Below the pieces are notes generated by a model. That model saw only the letters and a list, made by a program, of their open reading frames with translations, had not been told where the DNA came from and searched no databases. Below are positions 14,401 through 26,959 of a DNA stretch of 64,000 nt, in pieces; position 1 is the first letter of the stretch; each line of letters opens with the position of its first letter. A program made the position numbers and the translations under genes. Origin of the DNA: Octopus sinensis (Eukaryota); the NCBI RefSeq assembly GCF_006345805.1, contig NW_021825323.1:1229440-1293439 (forward strand), read 5' to 3'.

Positions 14401-16318
14401 AGACACCTGTTCTGACTTGGGTTTTCTGGGTTGTTTAACTGTAGATTGCATGTGGGTTACAATGGTGAGGGAAATGCTTTCGAATATGCTCTATTCTCCC
14501 GAATATTACATCCCAGGTCTGAATTTGCTGTCCTCTCTACTGCCCCCTCCAATTGAGCTCGTCCAAACTTCTACTTTCCGCCTTCCGTGGGAAAAACATC
14601 TAATGGTAGTCAAGTCGGATATTGGCAAGATGCTCAGAACTCTTGGAAGTTGGTTTTGTGCACAAACACGCAGTTTCGTCCTCCATTCCAGTTCGACGCC
14701 GTCTTTTGCGAGTTTTGCGTCAACTTGTGGATTTGGGTGTAGAAATGGGGACATTTGTCATTCGGTGTCTCCTTTTTTTCATTTGTAGGTCGTTGGTGTT
14801 GCTTGTGTGTGATTTTGTCAACGAGGGTGACGACCTGATGGTTCGAGGGGATCAAACGATGAATCTTTGTGCCCTTTTCGCACTCGAGTTGTTTGTTGCC
14901 ATTGCTGGAAAGACAGAAATTGGAATGTCTTGTTTTGTGTGTCTTCTTCTAAATTCAAGGTCATATTTTATCACATTTTGTAGTGAATCTGCATTTTTTG
15001 AAGCGTTTTTATTGACCCTTGTCAGGATATTTGAGGGCGACGCATCCAGAAATGAGGTCATGACTAATCTGGGTCAACAGATTACCGCGGTTTGACTTTA
15101 TTTCAACATTTTAGACTTATTTCGAGTCTTTATGTTCATATTTTCCATCAAATAAGGTTCTTTTGTGTTTATGAAGAGTTTCAGATTTTCCAATATTTGA
15201 TGCCACTGTTTATAAACAAGACTTTTGGTCGAATTTGTCAGGCTCTGATTCACCACATTCTCTGCTCAAGACGTGACTCGGTCAATGTGTCCATTCATAC
15301 TGTTGAGTTACTGGCTTGTAGAGGAAATGCTGGATTGATATTCGAGTTAACCAAATTTAGGTTATTTGTAGAGCCTTGGGTAATATGAACTCACTGGGGT
15401 CTGATTTCCAGTCTTTTATTGATTCCTGTTTTAATAGTTCCTCAATAGATTTGCTAATATCTGTCATTCGACTGCTGGGTTGTCTCGTTGCACATTCCCG
15501 TGACAGAGATGAGTCATATTTGACGATTCGGCGAATATTTGAATTGAATTATGACTGGTTTGACCATTTAGAGGTCAAAATAGAGGTTGGATGTCCAAAA
15601 ATAATTTTCAGTTTGTGGTCGGGCATTCAATAAATCTTAATTCTTTTTTTGATTTTAATCCTGAATATGAGTTTGATGACATATCTGAAAGTATGTGCCG
15701 TCATCACTGTTTTAGAGATCCAACAGCCATTGGAAGCTGATTTTTTGGAAAAGATTTACAGTTCTCGGCAGAATGGAGAGGCTACGAAAGAACATTATGG
15801 ACCAATTCGTTTAAAGGTTCACATTCCGTGTTATATTGCTAGGAGTCCTTTATGGTAGACAAGGCAATTGTGGAAGACAATTTTGACTTATTAGAGAAGG
15901 CTTTGCACAGTGAAGCGGGAATGAATTTTGTGGATAACTACATGTCAGATCAACTACATTTGAGGCGGTAGTGTTAAATATGAGTTAGGTGTAGAGAACA
16001 TTCCATGTTGTATGACACGAGTGGACAGAGTAGAGGAATACGGGCTTATGTTGCCCCAATGCGTGGTCGGAGAATTGGAGGACGGGGAATGTCAGTCTCG
16101 GCTATTCGGAGTTCAAATAGCAGTAGATATTCGTCATTGCACATTGATGAATTTAAACGACTGACAAACCCGACTTTGAATGTTTATTTGTGCATTTATA
16201 TTCATAGACCACACCCTTGCCAGAACAGTCGGATAACGACGATCTGACCTACCTCACAAGTTTGTTCCCACCAGACCATGTTTGTAGGTTTTATTACCGG
16301 AAATCATTAATTTGTTGA
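11403..16318 (+). CDS. VIRMA: Virilizer / VIRMA (m6A writer complex scaffold), copy A; one apparent 1-nt frameshift
   Basis: VIR_N motifs FTH...VDCIDFP...EIRIIP...GCTSPNSF...LVLRGSYKNITLVVIG, internal PVRRRLLRVLRQLVDLG and C-terminal NSSRYSSLHIDEF (cf. NTSRPPSMHVDDF). Many microintrons. A4 at about 13162-13165 versus A5 in copy B shifts the frame. Not every exon was checked and the 3' end is uncertain. Confidence 0.85.
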
Positions 16319-16384
16319 TCACTTTTTGTTTTTTATAAAAATTTTTAAAGGAGTTAGATTTAATGAATTAGTGAAATTAGGGGG

Positions 16385-16660
16385 TTAGACGTCATTTATA
16401 TAGTCATTCGGATTCTTGCGATGTGCCTGTTCAAATTCATTATCGGCCCATTTGATGGTGAGATAGCCCAGTGCGATGGCTAAGTGATTGTGGCACTACT
16501 CTTACGTGTGGCCACAGTTATGAAACTACGTTTGAAGCGATAAATCAATTTGGGAATTCCGTTTTTGAAATAGCCTGGATATGCTTTTTGGTGCAAAGGG
16601 GGAAATTGTAAATTCCACAACTCCGCGAATGTGAGCCAAGTTTCCAAATTCTTTTCCCAT
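16385..16660 (-). pseudogene. UQCRQ: Cytochrome bc1 complex subunit 8 (QCR8), copy A, +1 frameshift
   Basis: Same gene as 39127-39401 but one base longer: an extra G at about 16590 breaks the frame after PFA. Could be an assembly error. Confidence 0.85.
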
Positions 16661-17489
16661 CTACAAATATAAAAACTGCCACACAAGCGTACACTCTAAT
16701 GTTGCGTTTTAATTAATATATTATAGTACTTTAATAAAAACTATATAAATTATATTTTTGGTGACAAACACTAATTTAATCAGATTAAAAACAATTTAAA
16801 TATTTTTGAAAAATTATTCAATCCTAATTGTGTTATCTATCTTAGTATACGTAGTTCACCGTCCGAAGCCTTATTTGTGGAGTTTCTCCATGATGTTTTT
16901 CAGATCTTACCAGATCATCTACCAAAAACATAGAATAAAAATATTGAAATGATAAAGCTTCCAAATCCTTAATTGGAGTGATAATAAGTTGTTCTTTATG
17001 TACATTTATAAATTCAACTTGAAGGCTTTTTGACATCGAATTCATAAAATATCGGATCATCAATTTAGAAATAATAAGTTCCATTATTTTCATTTTCAAA
17101 GACCTCAAAGCTCATCTTTTTAAATTTTAGTTTTTGAAAACATCTGAAATTAATCTTACCCTGCTAATACAAGTTTAAAAAATGGTTGTCCAAAATATGG
17201 TCAGTATGAAAAGTGAAATGAATTTCTAACTAAATGAGAGGTTGGGAAGAAAAATCCAAATTGATGCTCGCCTATCCAGTCTTTTCCTGACATTTAGTCA
17301 GCGAGAGGCCCTGGACTGCACTTTTCTGGAGGTCTACAAAGCCAGAAAAGAAGAGAGAAAAGAGAAAAATGCGTGGAGTGTCATTCCCTGCTCACTTTGA
17401 AGACTCAGAAATTAGTTAGGCAATTAATTAGTTTCTTTTTATTAATAAATCAAAGTTATTTTTGGTTAGTACATTACAATTGATGAATT

Positions 17490-19427
17490 TTAGCACTTCA
17501 CATTCCATTTCCAATTACAAGTCTGTATTTGGGAATCATAAAGGAGATTTTCGGGGCAATTAACAACAAATCCTTTATATCCAACATGTGAACATAAAAC
17601 AAACTTCGAACATTCTGGATGTTTATGAATGCCAGGTTTGGTACAAATCAATTCTAGATTTAGTTAAAAAACAACCTCCATTAATAATTTTGAATCCGTC
17701 TAAATTGTCCGTGGTCATTTTTTTAGTATTTTTTTCATAATTGTTTTTTGTAGCTATGACATATATTATACTAATAACATGTTTTTTGAAATGTCGTTTT
17801 CATCTTGTTTTTATTTGTGTTAATAGAATTATTCTTCAAATTTAATTAAAAACCAACATGAACAGATGATATTTTACTTTGCTTGGTTGTATTTTCTGAA
17901 GGTTTAAAATTAATTATATCAAATTCAGTTTCACCAACTGAGTGCGTTGTCTAGTTTAATAAATTTACAAAAATAACAAGCACAGCAGTTTCATTTTTAT
18001 CAACATTGTTGTTATAAATTTTTTTGCTATTTATCCAGTCCTATAGTGTTTGGTTTCTACAATAGTTACAATTCCTGGATAAATTCCCAATGATTCGTGC
18101 ATTTGACCAATCAGTGGACTTTTCCCTTGATTACATATTTTTCCCGAAAAGTCGTCAAGACCCAGTGTCCACACCATCATTCCTCGCAAAGAATTTTTTT
18201 CACGTATTTTGCCATTTAACTATTTCAAAATATTGTACCTTTTCTCGAATACTTCTTTTTGTCTCGATTCCAATCCAATAGTGATTTTTAACTCCGTGAG
18301 ACACTTTTTGTTTATTGTCCCAAATTTCTTGATAATTTTCATTGCAATACTAAGTTATACATATAATAAAACTTCGATAAAGCCCAAAATCCCTGGAGTA
18401 TATAATACGTTTCCTTGAGGAGTCCCTCCAATTTTTTTATCACCAAGCTTTCCGTTTTTGTTAGCAATTTTAAACCCCTGTCCATATGTCCCCAATCCGA
18501 TTACTAATTTCGACCTATTTGCTCCATTTTTGATGTAATAATTAACTGCAAAATCCTAAATTGTGATAAATCATGGTTCAATACAGTATTGAACTCGTCA
18601 TTATCATTTGTCCCGTAAAGTCCGCTATGATGCCCAACAGAGTTCGAAAATTGTCCATAAAAATCATACGTCATTAAAAAAATTAAATCAAGATATCTAA
18701 ATAAGAAGAAAAAAATACTTCGATAAATCTGGAATGTTAAATGAGTTTTCAATCGTTGATCTGCCAGCAGAAACTGCCGCAGTCAACATGTATTTTTTAG
18801 ATTTATTCTTTTTAAAAACATTACTCATTATCTATTTGTAAAAATAGATTAGAAAACTTTGATTAGTCGAGAGAAAGATTCCTTTTGATTGTTTGGATAT
18901 TCCCAATCAATATCAAAACCATCAAAATTATATTGAGACAAATATTTCATTGTGTTTTTTGCAAAAATATGTGCATTTCGGGCACTTTTTGATATTGTAG
19001 TAAATTCTGAAAGTTGCCTTGCCCATCCTCCCACAGAAAGTAATATTTTCAGATCAGGATTTACTTTTTTTAACGACGTAACTTTTTCAAAATTTCCCTT
19101 TCCATCTAAAAAAAATTTTAACCCATTAAAGAACAATTTTTTTCTAAATCAGATATTCGTTCGTCCGTTGATGTAGGTTTCAAATTAACAATATCAATAT
19201 TACTGAATGCATATAATATATGTGTGCAAAGATATGGATACATATCTTCAGCTTTATAAGAAGCTAGCCCATTTCGATAAACTGCCCAATTTGTGTAGTA
19301 ACAAGCCAGAATTTTATCTAACATAAAATATTAGTTTAACCGTCTTTTTTGTTCTTAACTATAAATTGCTGCATTAAAAAAATCTAATTTAAACATTATT
19401 TGTATAAAACAATACTAGAGCCAACAT
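17490..19427 (-). pseudogene. GH18 chitinase with C-terminal CBM14 domain, copy A1 (1-nt deletion at about 18194-18200)
   Basis: CYYTNWAVYR, CTHILYAF, LLSVGGW, FDGFDIDWEYP and MTYDFYG are present, and the CBM14 reads CTKPGIHKHPECSKFVLC...CPENLLYD...CNWKWNVKC*. The deletion frameshifts before GMMVW. Start codon uncertain. Confidence 0.9.
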
Positions 19428-19744
19428 TTAATTACATATATACTCAGTTGTACATTTATATTGCAACTAATTAAATTTTTCTGTTACAGGCAGACACCTG
19501 CTTATAATTTGAATTTTATAATCATGATTAGTAAAATTGATTAACGAAAAGAAGTTAATTAATTCCACAAATAATATTTTCCCTTATAATCCAACAAAAA
19601 TAATTAACATTTCCGATAGGCTAGGAATGTGAACGGCGTTAATCTCGACGTGGTTTAGAAGCATTTGTAGTAAATTCAAATGGCATTCCAGATTTATACG
19701 TATCTTCAAATAAATTTATAAACTTGTGATATAAAGTCGTCTCC

Positions 19745-19884
19745 AAAAAATTTCCCATAAGGCAGGACTTCATCAAACCCCATACTATTGACACAAAATA
19801 ACAGACAAACAAACAAAAAATTTCCCATAAGGCAGGACTTCATCAAACCCCATACTATTGACACAAAATAACAGACAAACAAAC
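19745..19884. repeat. 70-bp tandem repeat, 2 copies
   Basis: tttcccataaggcaggacttcatc... recurs at 19751 and 19821. Confidence 0.95.
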
Positions 19885-20596
19885 ACTTTTTGGTGACAAA
19901 CACTAATTTAATCAGATTAAAAACAATTTAAATATCTTTGAAAAATTATTCAATTCAATCCTATTGTGTTACCTATCTTAGTCTACGTAGTTCACCGTCC
20001 AAAGCCTTGTTTGTGGAGTTTCTCCATGATGTTTATCAGATCTTACCAGATCACCTACCAAAAACATAGAATAAAGATATTTAAATGATAAAGCTTCCAA
20101 ATTGTTTTTTATGTACTTTTATAAATTCAACTTGAAGGCTTTTTGACATCGAATTCATAAAATATTGGATCACCAATTTAGAAATAATAAGTTCCATTAT
20201 TTTCATTTCTAAAGACCTCAAAGCTTATCTTTTTAAATTTTAGTTTTTGAAAACATCTGAAATTAATCTTACCCTGCTAATACAAGTTTAAAAAAGAAAT
20301 GGTTGTCCAAAATATGGTCAGTATGAAAAGTGAAATGAATTTCTAACTAAATGAGAGGTTGGGATGAAAAATCCAAATTGATGCTCGCCTATCCAGTCTT
20401 TTCCTGACATTTAGTCAGCGAGAAGCCCTGGACTGCACTTTTCTGGAGGTCTACAAAGCCAGAAAAAAGAGAAAAATGCGTGGAGTGTCATTCCCTGCTC
20501 ACTTTGAAGACTCAGAAATTAGTTAGGCAATTAATTAGTTTCTTTTTATTAATAAATCAAAGTTATTTTTGGTTAGTACATTACAATTGATGAATT

Positions 20597-22426
20597 TTAG
20601 CACTTCACATTCTATTTCCAATTACAAGTCTGTATTTGGGAATCATAAAGGAGATTTTCGGGGAAATTAACAACAAATCTTTTATATCCAACATGTGAAC
20701 ATAAAACAAACTTCGAACATTCTGGATGTTTATGAATGCCAGGTTTGGTACAAATCAATTCTAGATTTAGTTAAAAAACAACCTCCATTAATAATTTTGA
20801 ATCCGTCTAAATTGTCCGTGGTCATTTTTTTAGTATTTTTTTCATAATTGTTTTTTGTAGCTATGACATATATTATACTAATAACATGTTTTTTGAAATG
20901 TCGTTTTCATCCGTTTTTATTTGTGTTAATAGAATTATTCTTCAATTTATTTAAAAACCAACATGAACAGATGATATTTTACTTTGCTTGGTTGTATTTT
21001 CTGAAGGTTTAAAATTAATTATATCAAATTCAGTTTCACCAACTGAGTGCGTTGTCTAGTTTAATAAATTTACAAAAATAACAAGCACAGCAGTTTCATT
21101 TTTATCAACATTGTTGTTATAAATTTTTTTGCTATTTATCCAGTCCTATAGTGTTTGGTTTCTACAATAGTTACAATTCCTGGATAAATTCCCAATGATT
21201 CGTGCATTTGACCAATCAGTGGACTTTTCCCTTGATTACATATTTTTCCCGAAAAGTCGTCAAGACCCAGTGTCCACACCATCATTCCTCGCAAAGAATT
21301 TTCTTTCACGTATTTTGCCATTTAACTATTTCAAAATATTGTACCTTTTCTCGAATACTTCTTTTTGTCTCGATTCCAATCCAATAGTGATTTTTAACTC
21401 CGTGAGACACTTTTTGTTTATTGTCCCAAATTTCTTGATAATTTTCATTGCAATACTAAGTTATACATATAAATAAAACTTCGATAAAGCCCAAAATCCG
21501 ATTACTAATTTCGACCTATTTGCTCTCATTTTTGATGTAATAATTAACTGCAAAATCCTAAATTGTGATAAATCATGGTTCAATACAGTATTGAACTCGT
21601 CATTATCATTTGTCCCGTAAAGTCCGCTATGATGCCCAACAGAGTTCGAAAATTGTCCATAAAAATCATACGTCATTAAAAAAATTAAATCAAGATATCT
21701 AAATAAGAAGAAAAAAATACTTCGATAAATCTGGAATGTTAAATGAGTTTTCAATCGTTGATCTGCCAGCAGAAACTGCCGCAGTCAACATGTATTTTTT
21801 AGATTTATTCTTTTTAAAAACATTACTCATTATCTATTTGTAAAAATAGATTAGAAAACTTTGATTAGTCGAGAGAAAGATTCCTTTTGATTGTTTGGAT
21901 ATTCCCAATCAATATCAAAACCATCAAAATTATATTGAGACAAATATTTCATTGTGTTTTTTGCAAAAATATGTGCATTTCGGGCACTTTTTGATATTGT
22001 AGTAAATTCTGAAAGTTGCCTTGCCCATCCTCCCACAGAAAGTAATATTTTCAGATCAGGATTTACTTTTTTTAACGACGTAACTTTTTCAAAATTTCCC
22101 TTTCCATCTAAAAACTATTTTAACCCATTAAAGAACAATTTTTTTCTAAATCAGAATATTCGTCCGTTGATGTAGGTTTCAAATTAACAATATCAATATT
22201 ACTGAATGCATATAATATATGTGTGCAAAGATATGGATACATATCTTCAGCTTTATAAGAAGCTAGCCCATTTCGATAAACTGCCCAATTTGTGTAGTAA
22301 CAAGCCAGAATTTTATCTAACATAAAATATTAGTTTAACCGTCTTTTTTGTTCTTAACTATAAATTGCTGCATTAAAAAAATCTAATTTAAACATTATTT
22401 GTATAAAACAATACTAGAGCCAACAT
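20597..22426 (-). pseudogene. GH18 chitinase + CBM14, copy A2 (106-nt deletion and further indels)
   Basis: Near-identical to A1/A3, but lacks the equivalent of about 18393-18498 (junction about 21500). Also has a 2-nt insertion near 21525 and a 1-nt deletion near 20911. Confidence 0.9.
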
Positions 22427-22795
22427 TTAATTACATATATACTCAGTTGTACATTTATATTGCAACTAATTAAATTTTTCTGTTACAGGCAGACACCTGC
22501 TTATAATTTGAATTTTATAATCATGATTAGTAAAATTGATTAACGAAAAGAAGTTAATTAATTCCACAAATAATATTTTCCCTTATAATCCAACAAAAAT
22601 AAAAAAACTTAAAGTAATTCGTTATAATAAAATATAGTATTTTTTTCATTTAACTTAACATTTCCGATAGGCTAGGAATGTGAACGGCGTTAATCTCGAC
22701 GTAGTTTAGAAGCATTTGTAGTAAATTCAAATGGCATTCCAGATTTATACGTATCTTCAAATAAATTTATAAACTTGTGATATAAAGTCGTCTCC

Positions 22796-23005
22796 AAAAA
22801 ATTTCCCATAAGGCAGGACTTCATCAAACCCCATACTATTGACACAAAATAACAGACAAACAAACAAAAAATTTCCCATAAGGCAGGACTTCATCAAACC
22901 CCATACTATTGACACAAAATAACAGACAAACAAACAAAAAATTTCCCATAAGGCAGGACTTCATCAAACCCCATACTATTGACACAAAATAACAGACAAA
23001 CAAAC
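22796..23005. repeat. 70-bp tandem repeat, 3 copies
   Basis: Unit starts at 22802, 22872 and 22942. Confidence 0.95.
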
Positions 23006-23718
23006 ACTTTTTGGTGACAAACACTAATTTAATCAGATTAAAAACAATTTAAATATCTTTGAAAAATTATTCAATCCTAATTGTGTTACCTATCTTAGTC
23101 TACGTAGTTCACCGTCCAAAGCCTTGTTTGTGGAGTTTCTCCATGATGTTTATCAGATCTTACCAGATCACCTACCAAAAACATAGAATAAAGATATTTA
23201 AATGATAAAGCTTCCAAATTGTTTTTTATGTACTTTTATAAATTCAACTTGAAGGCTTTTTGACATCGAATTCATAAAATATTGGATCACCAATTTAGAA
23301 ATAATAAGTTCCATTATTTTCATTTCTAAAGACCTCAAAGCTTATCTTTTTAAATTTTAGTTTTTGAAAACATCTGAAATTAATCTTACCCTGCTAATAC
23401 AAGTTTAAAAAATGGTTGTCCAAAATATGGTCAGTATGAAAAGTGAAATGAATTTCTAACTAAATGAGAGGTTGGGATGAAAAATCCAAATTGATGCTCG
23501 CCTATCCAGTCTTTTCCTGACATTTAGTCAGCGAGAAGCCCTGGACTGCACTTTTCTGGAGGTCTACAAAGCCAGAAAAGAAGAGAAAAAGAGAAAAATG
23601 CGTGGAGTGTCATTCCCTGCTCACTTTGAAGACTCAGAAATTAGTTAGGCAATTAATTAGTTTCTTTTTATTAATAAATCAAAGTTATTTTTGGTTAGTA
23701 CATTACAATTGATGAATT

Positions 23719-25655
23719 TTAGCACTTCACATTCTATTTCCAATTACAAGTCTGTATTTGGGAATCATAAAGGAGATTTTCGGGGAAATTAACAACAAAT
23801 CCTTTATATCCAACATGTGAACATAAAACAAACTTCGAACATTCTGGATGTTTATGAATGCCAGGTTTGGTACAAATCAATTCTAGATTTAGTTAAAAAA
23901 CAACCTCCATTAATAATTTTGAATCCGTCTAAATTGTCCGTGGTCATTTTTTTAGTATTTTTTTCATAATTGTTTTTTGTAGCTATGACATATATTATAC
24001 TAATAACATGTTTTTTGAAATGTCGTTTTCATCTCGTTTTTATTTGTGTTAATAGAATTATTCTTCAAATTTAATTAAAAACCAACATGAACAGATGATA
24101 TTTTACTTTGCTTGGTTGTATTTTCTGAAGGTTTAAAATTAATTATATCAAATTCAGTTTCACCAACTGAGTGCGTTGTCTAGTTTAATAAATTTACAAA
24201 AATAACAAGCATAGCAGTTTCATTTTTATCAACATTGTTGTTATAAATTTTTTTGCTATTTATCCAGTCCTATAGTGTTTAGTTTCTACAATAGTTACAA
24301 TTCCTGGATAAATTCCCAATGATTCGTGCATTTGACCAATCAGTGGACTTTTCCCTTGATTACATATTTTTCCCGAAAAGTCGTCAAGACCCAGTGTCCA
24401 CACCATCATTCCTCGCAAAGAATTTTCTTTCACGTATTTTGCCATTTAACTATTTCAAAATATTGTACCTTTTCTCGAATACTTCTTTTTGTCTCGATTC
24501 CAATCCAATAGTGATTTTTAACTCCGTGAGACACTTTTTGTTTATTGTCCCAAATTTCTTGATAATTTTCATTGCAATACTAAGTTATACATATAAATAA
24601 AACTTCGATAAAGCCCAAAATCCCTGGAGTATATAATACGTTTCCTTGAGGAGTCCCTCCAATTTTTTTATCACCAAGCTTTCCGTTTTTGTTAGCAATT
24701 TTAAACCCCTGTCCATATGTCCCCAATCCGATTACTAATTTCGACCTATTTGCTCCATTTTTGATGTAATAATTAACTGCAAAATCCTAAATTGTGATAA
24801 ATCATGGTTCAATACAGTATTGAACTCGTCATTATCATTTGTCCCGTAAAGTCCGCTATGATGCCCAACAGAGTTCGAAAATTGTCCATAAAAATCATAC
24901 GTCATTAAAAAAATTAAATCAAGATATCTAAATAAGAAGAAAAAAATACTTCGATAAATCTGGAATGTTAAATGAGTTTTCAATCGTTGATCTGCCAGCA
25001 GAAACTGCCGCAGTCAACATGTATTTTTTAGATTTATTCTTTTTAAAAACATTACTCATTATCTATTTGTAAAAATAGATTAGAAAACTTTGATTAGTCG
25101 AGAGAAAGATTCCTTTTGATTGTTTGGATATTCCCAATCAATATCAAAACCATCAAAATTATATTGAGACAAATATTTCATTGTGTTTTTTGCAAAAATA
25201 TGTGCATTTCGGGCACTTTTTGATATTGTAGTAAATTCTGAAAGTTGCCTTGCCCATCCTCCCACAGAAAGTAATATTTTCAGATCAGGATTTACTTTTT
25301 TTAACGACGTAACTTTTTCAAAATTTCCCTTTCCATCTAAAAACTATTTTAACCCATTAAAGAACAATTTTTTTCTAAATCAGAATATTCGTCCGTTGAT
25401 GTAGGTTTCAAATTAACAATATCAATATTACTGAATGCATATAATATATGTGTGCAAAGATATGGATACATATCTTCAGCTTTATAAGAAGCTAGCCCAT
25501 TTCGATAAACTGCCCAATTTGTGTAGTAACAAGCCAGAATTTTATCTAACATAAAATATTAGTTTAACCGTCTTTTTTGTTCTTAACTATAAATTGCTGC
25601 ATTAAAAAAATCTAATTTAAACATTATTTGTATAAAACAATACTAGAGCCAACAT
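23719..25655 (-). CDS. GH18 chitinase + CBM14, copy A3 (no indel seen; best candidate for the functional copy)
   Basis: Catalytic DxDxE motif FDGFDIDWEYP intact. Exons checked join in frame through 23-29-nt GT-AG introns, except one intron without an AG acceptor (see findings). Start codon uncertain. Confidence 0.8.
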
Positions 25656-26117
25656 TTAATTACATATATACTCAGTTGTACATTTATATTGCAACTAATT
25701 AAATTTTTCTGTTACAGGCAGACACCTGCTTATAATTTGAATTTTATAATCATGATTAGTAAAATTGATTAACGAAAAGAAGTTAATTAATTCCACAAAT
25801 AATATTTTCCCTTATAATCCAACAAAAATAAAAAAACTTAAAGTAATTCGTTATAATAAAATATAGTATTTTTTTCATTTAACTTAACATTTCCGATAGG
25901 CTAGGAATGTGAACGGCGTTAATCTCGACGTGGTTTAGAAGCATTTGTAGTAAATTCAAATGACATTCCAGATTTATACGTATCTTCAAATAAATTTATA
26001 AACTTGTGATATAAAGTCGTCTCCAAAAAATTTCCCATAAGGCAGGACTTCATCAAACCCCATACTATTGACACAAAATAACAGACAAACAAACAAAAAA
26101 TTTCCCATAAGGCAGGA

Positions 26118-26334
26118 CTTCCAAAATTCTACATTTTAATTTAAGACTTTTAATTCTCCTTTATCAAAATAGAGACTAAACATTGTCTAAATTTCTGAAA
26201 AAGTTTAGTATTCAAAAGGGTTTAATATTTCTGTTTAATCTCAGAAATGGAACAAGTCCAGGAAATCAAAAACTTTCTTAAGATTGAACCATGAAGAAAA
26301 CTTTCTTAAGATTAATATTATCGAAGTTTTTTCA
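26118..26334 (+). repeat. 217-bp segment copied from 44666-44882 at the A/B junction
   Basis: Same length as 44666-44882 with 4 mismatches seen; cttc microhomology at the left junction. Confidence 0.9.
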
Positions 26335-26930
26335 CGAATGACTTGCTTCAATTAAGAGGCTTCTGGCTGATTTTATTTCCTCATCAGTGATTTTGATCCC
26401 ATTTCTGTGCTTAACAATCATACTCTCCAGTGTTTTCTTCAACACAACTGACTGTATATAAGACTGAGTTCCGTCTTTGATAGCCAACTTTTCAATGTAG
26501 TTTTTAAAAAACTTGAATCAAAACCAGTGGAATTATTTTCACTTGAGCGTCGTAAAGAATGAACAACTCCCATGCCAATAGATCGTATTTATAGCATTTT
26601 TCGACCTCGACCTGCTATTATTAATAAGCACAACGCAAAATAACCTTAGTAAAGTTATCTTGCTTGTGCCACCCTCTCCTGGATGCGTTTTGTTAATCGC
26701 TTCCAAGTTCCTCTGTTTCTCGATAGTTCCCTCAGGTGCTCGAGATCGTCTGCTGATTTCAACCCTTTTCCAATCAAAGTTAGATCTTGATGCAGGAGGG
26801 TTGCTTTCGTGGTCTTCCTCGGAGATTGTTCCCGGATGGGGGCGTAGTGATGTTTCCTATCCATTCTTAGGATGTGACCGAATAAGTCCCATCTATTACT
26901 GACCTGCTATAAAGTTTTAATATCATTAAG
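26334..26930 (-). mobile_element. Duplicate of the R4/NeSL-like 3' fragment with its nested RTE-like insertion (26619-26900)
   Basis: Matches 3445-4058. Same TSD gacctgctat at 26609-26618 and 26901-26910. Confidence 0.85.
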
Positions 26931-26959
26931 TGGAAAAGTTGCTAAATTTCAAAAACTTT

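Noticed and set aside
19745-23005. 70-bp repeats as a CRISPR-like array, and their minus-strand ORFs (MFVTKKCLFVC...)
   Set aside because: Units are directly adjacent with no spacers, the context is eukaryotic and no cas genes are present. The unit length of 70 is not a multiple of 3, so the ORFs are artefacts.
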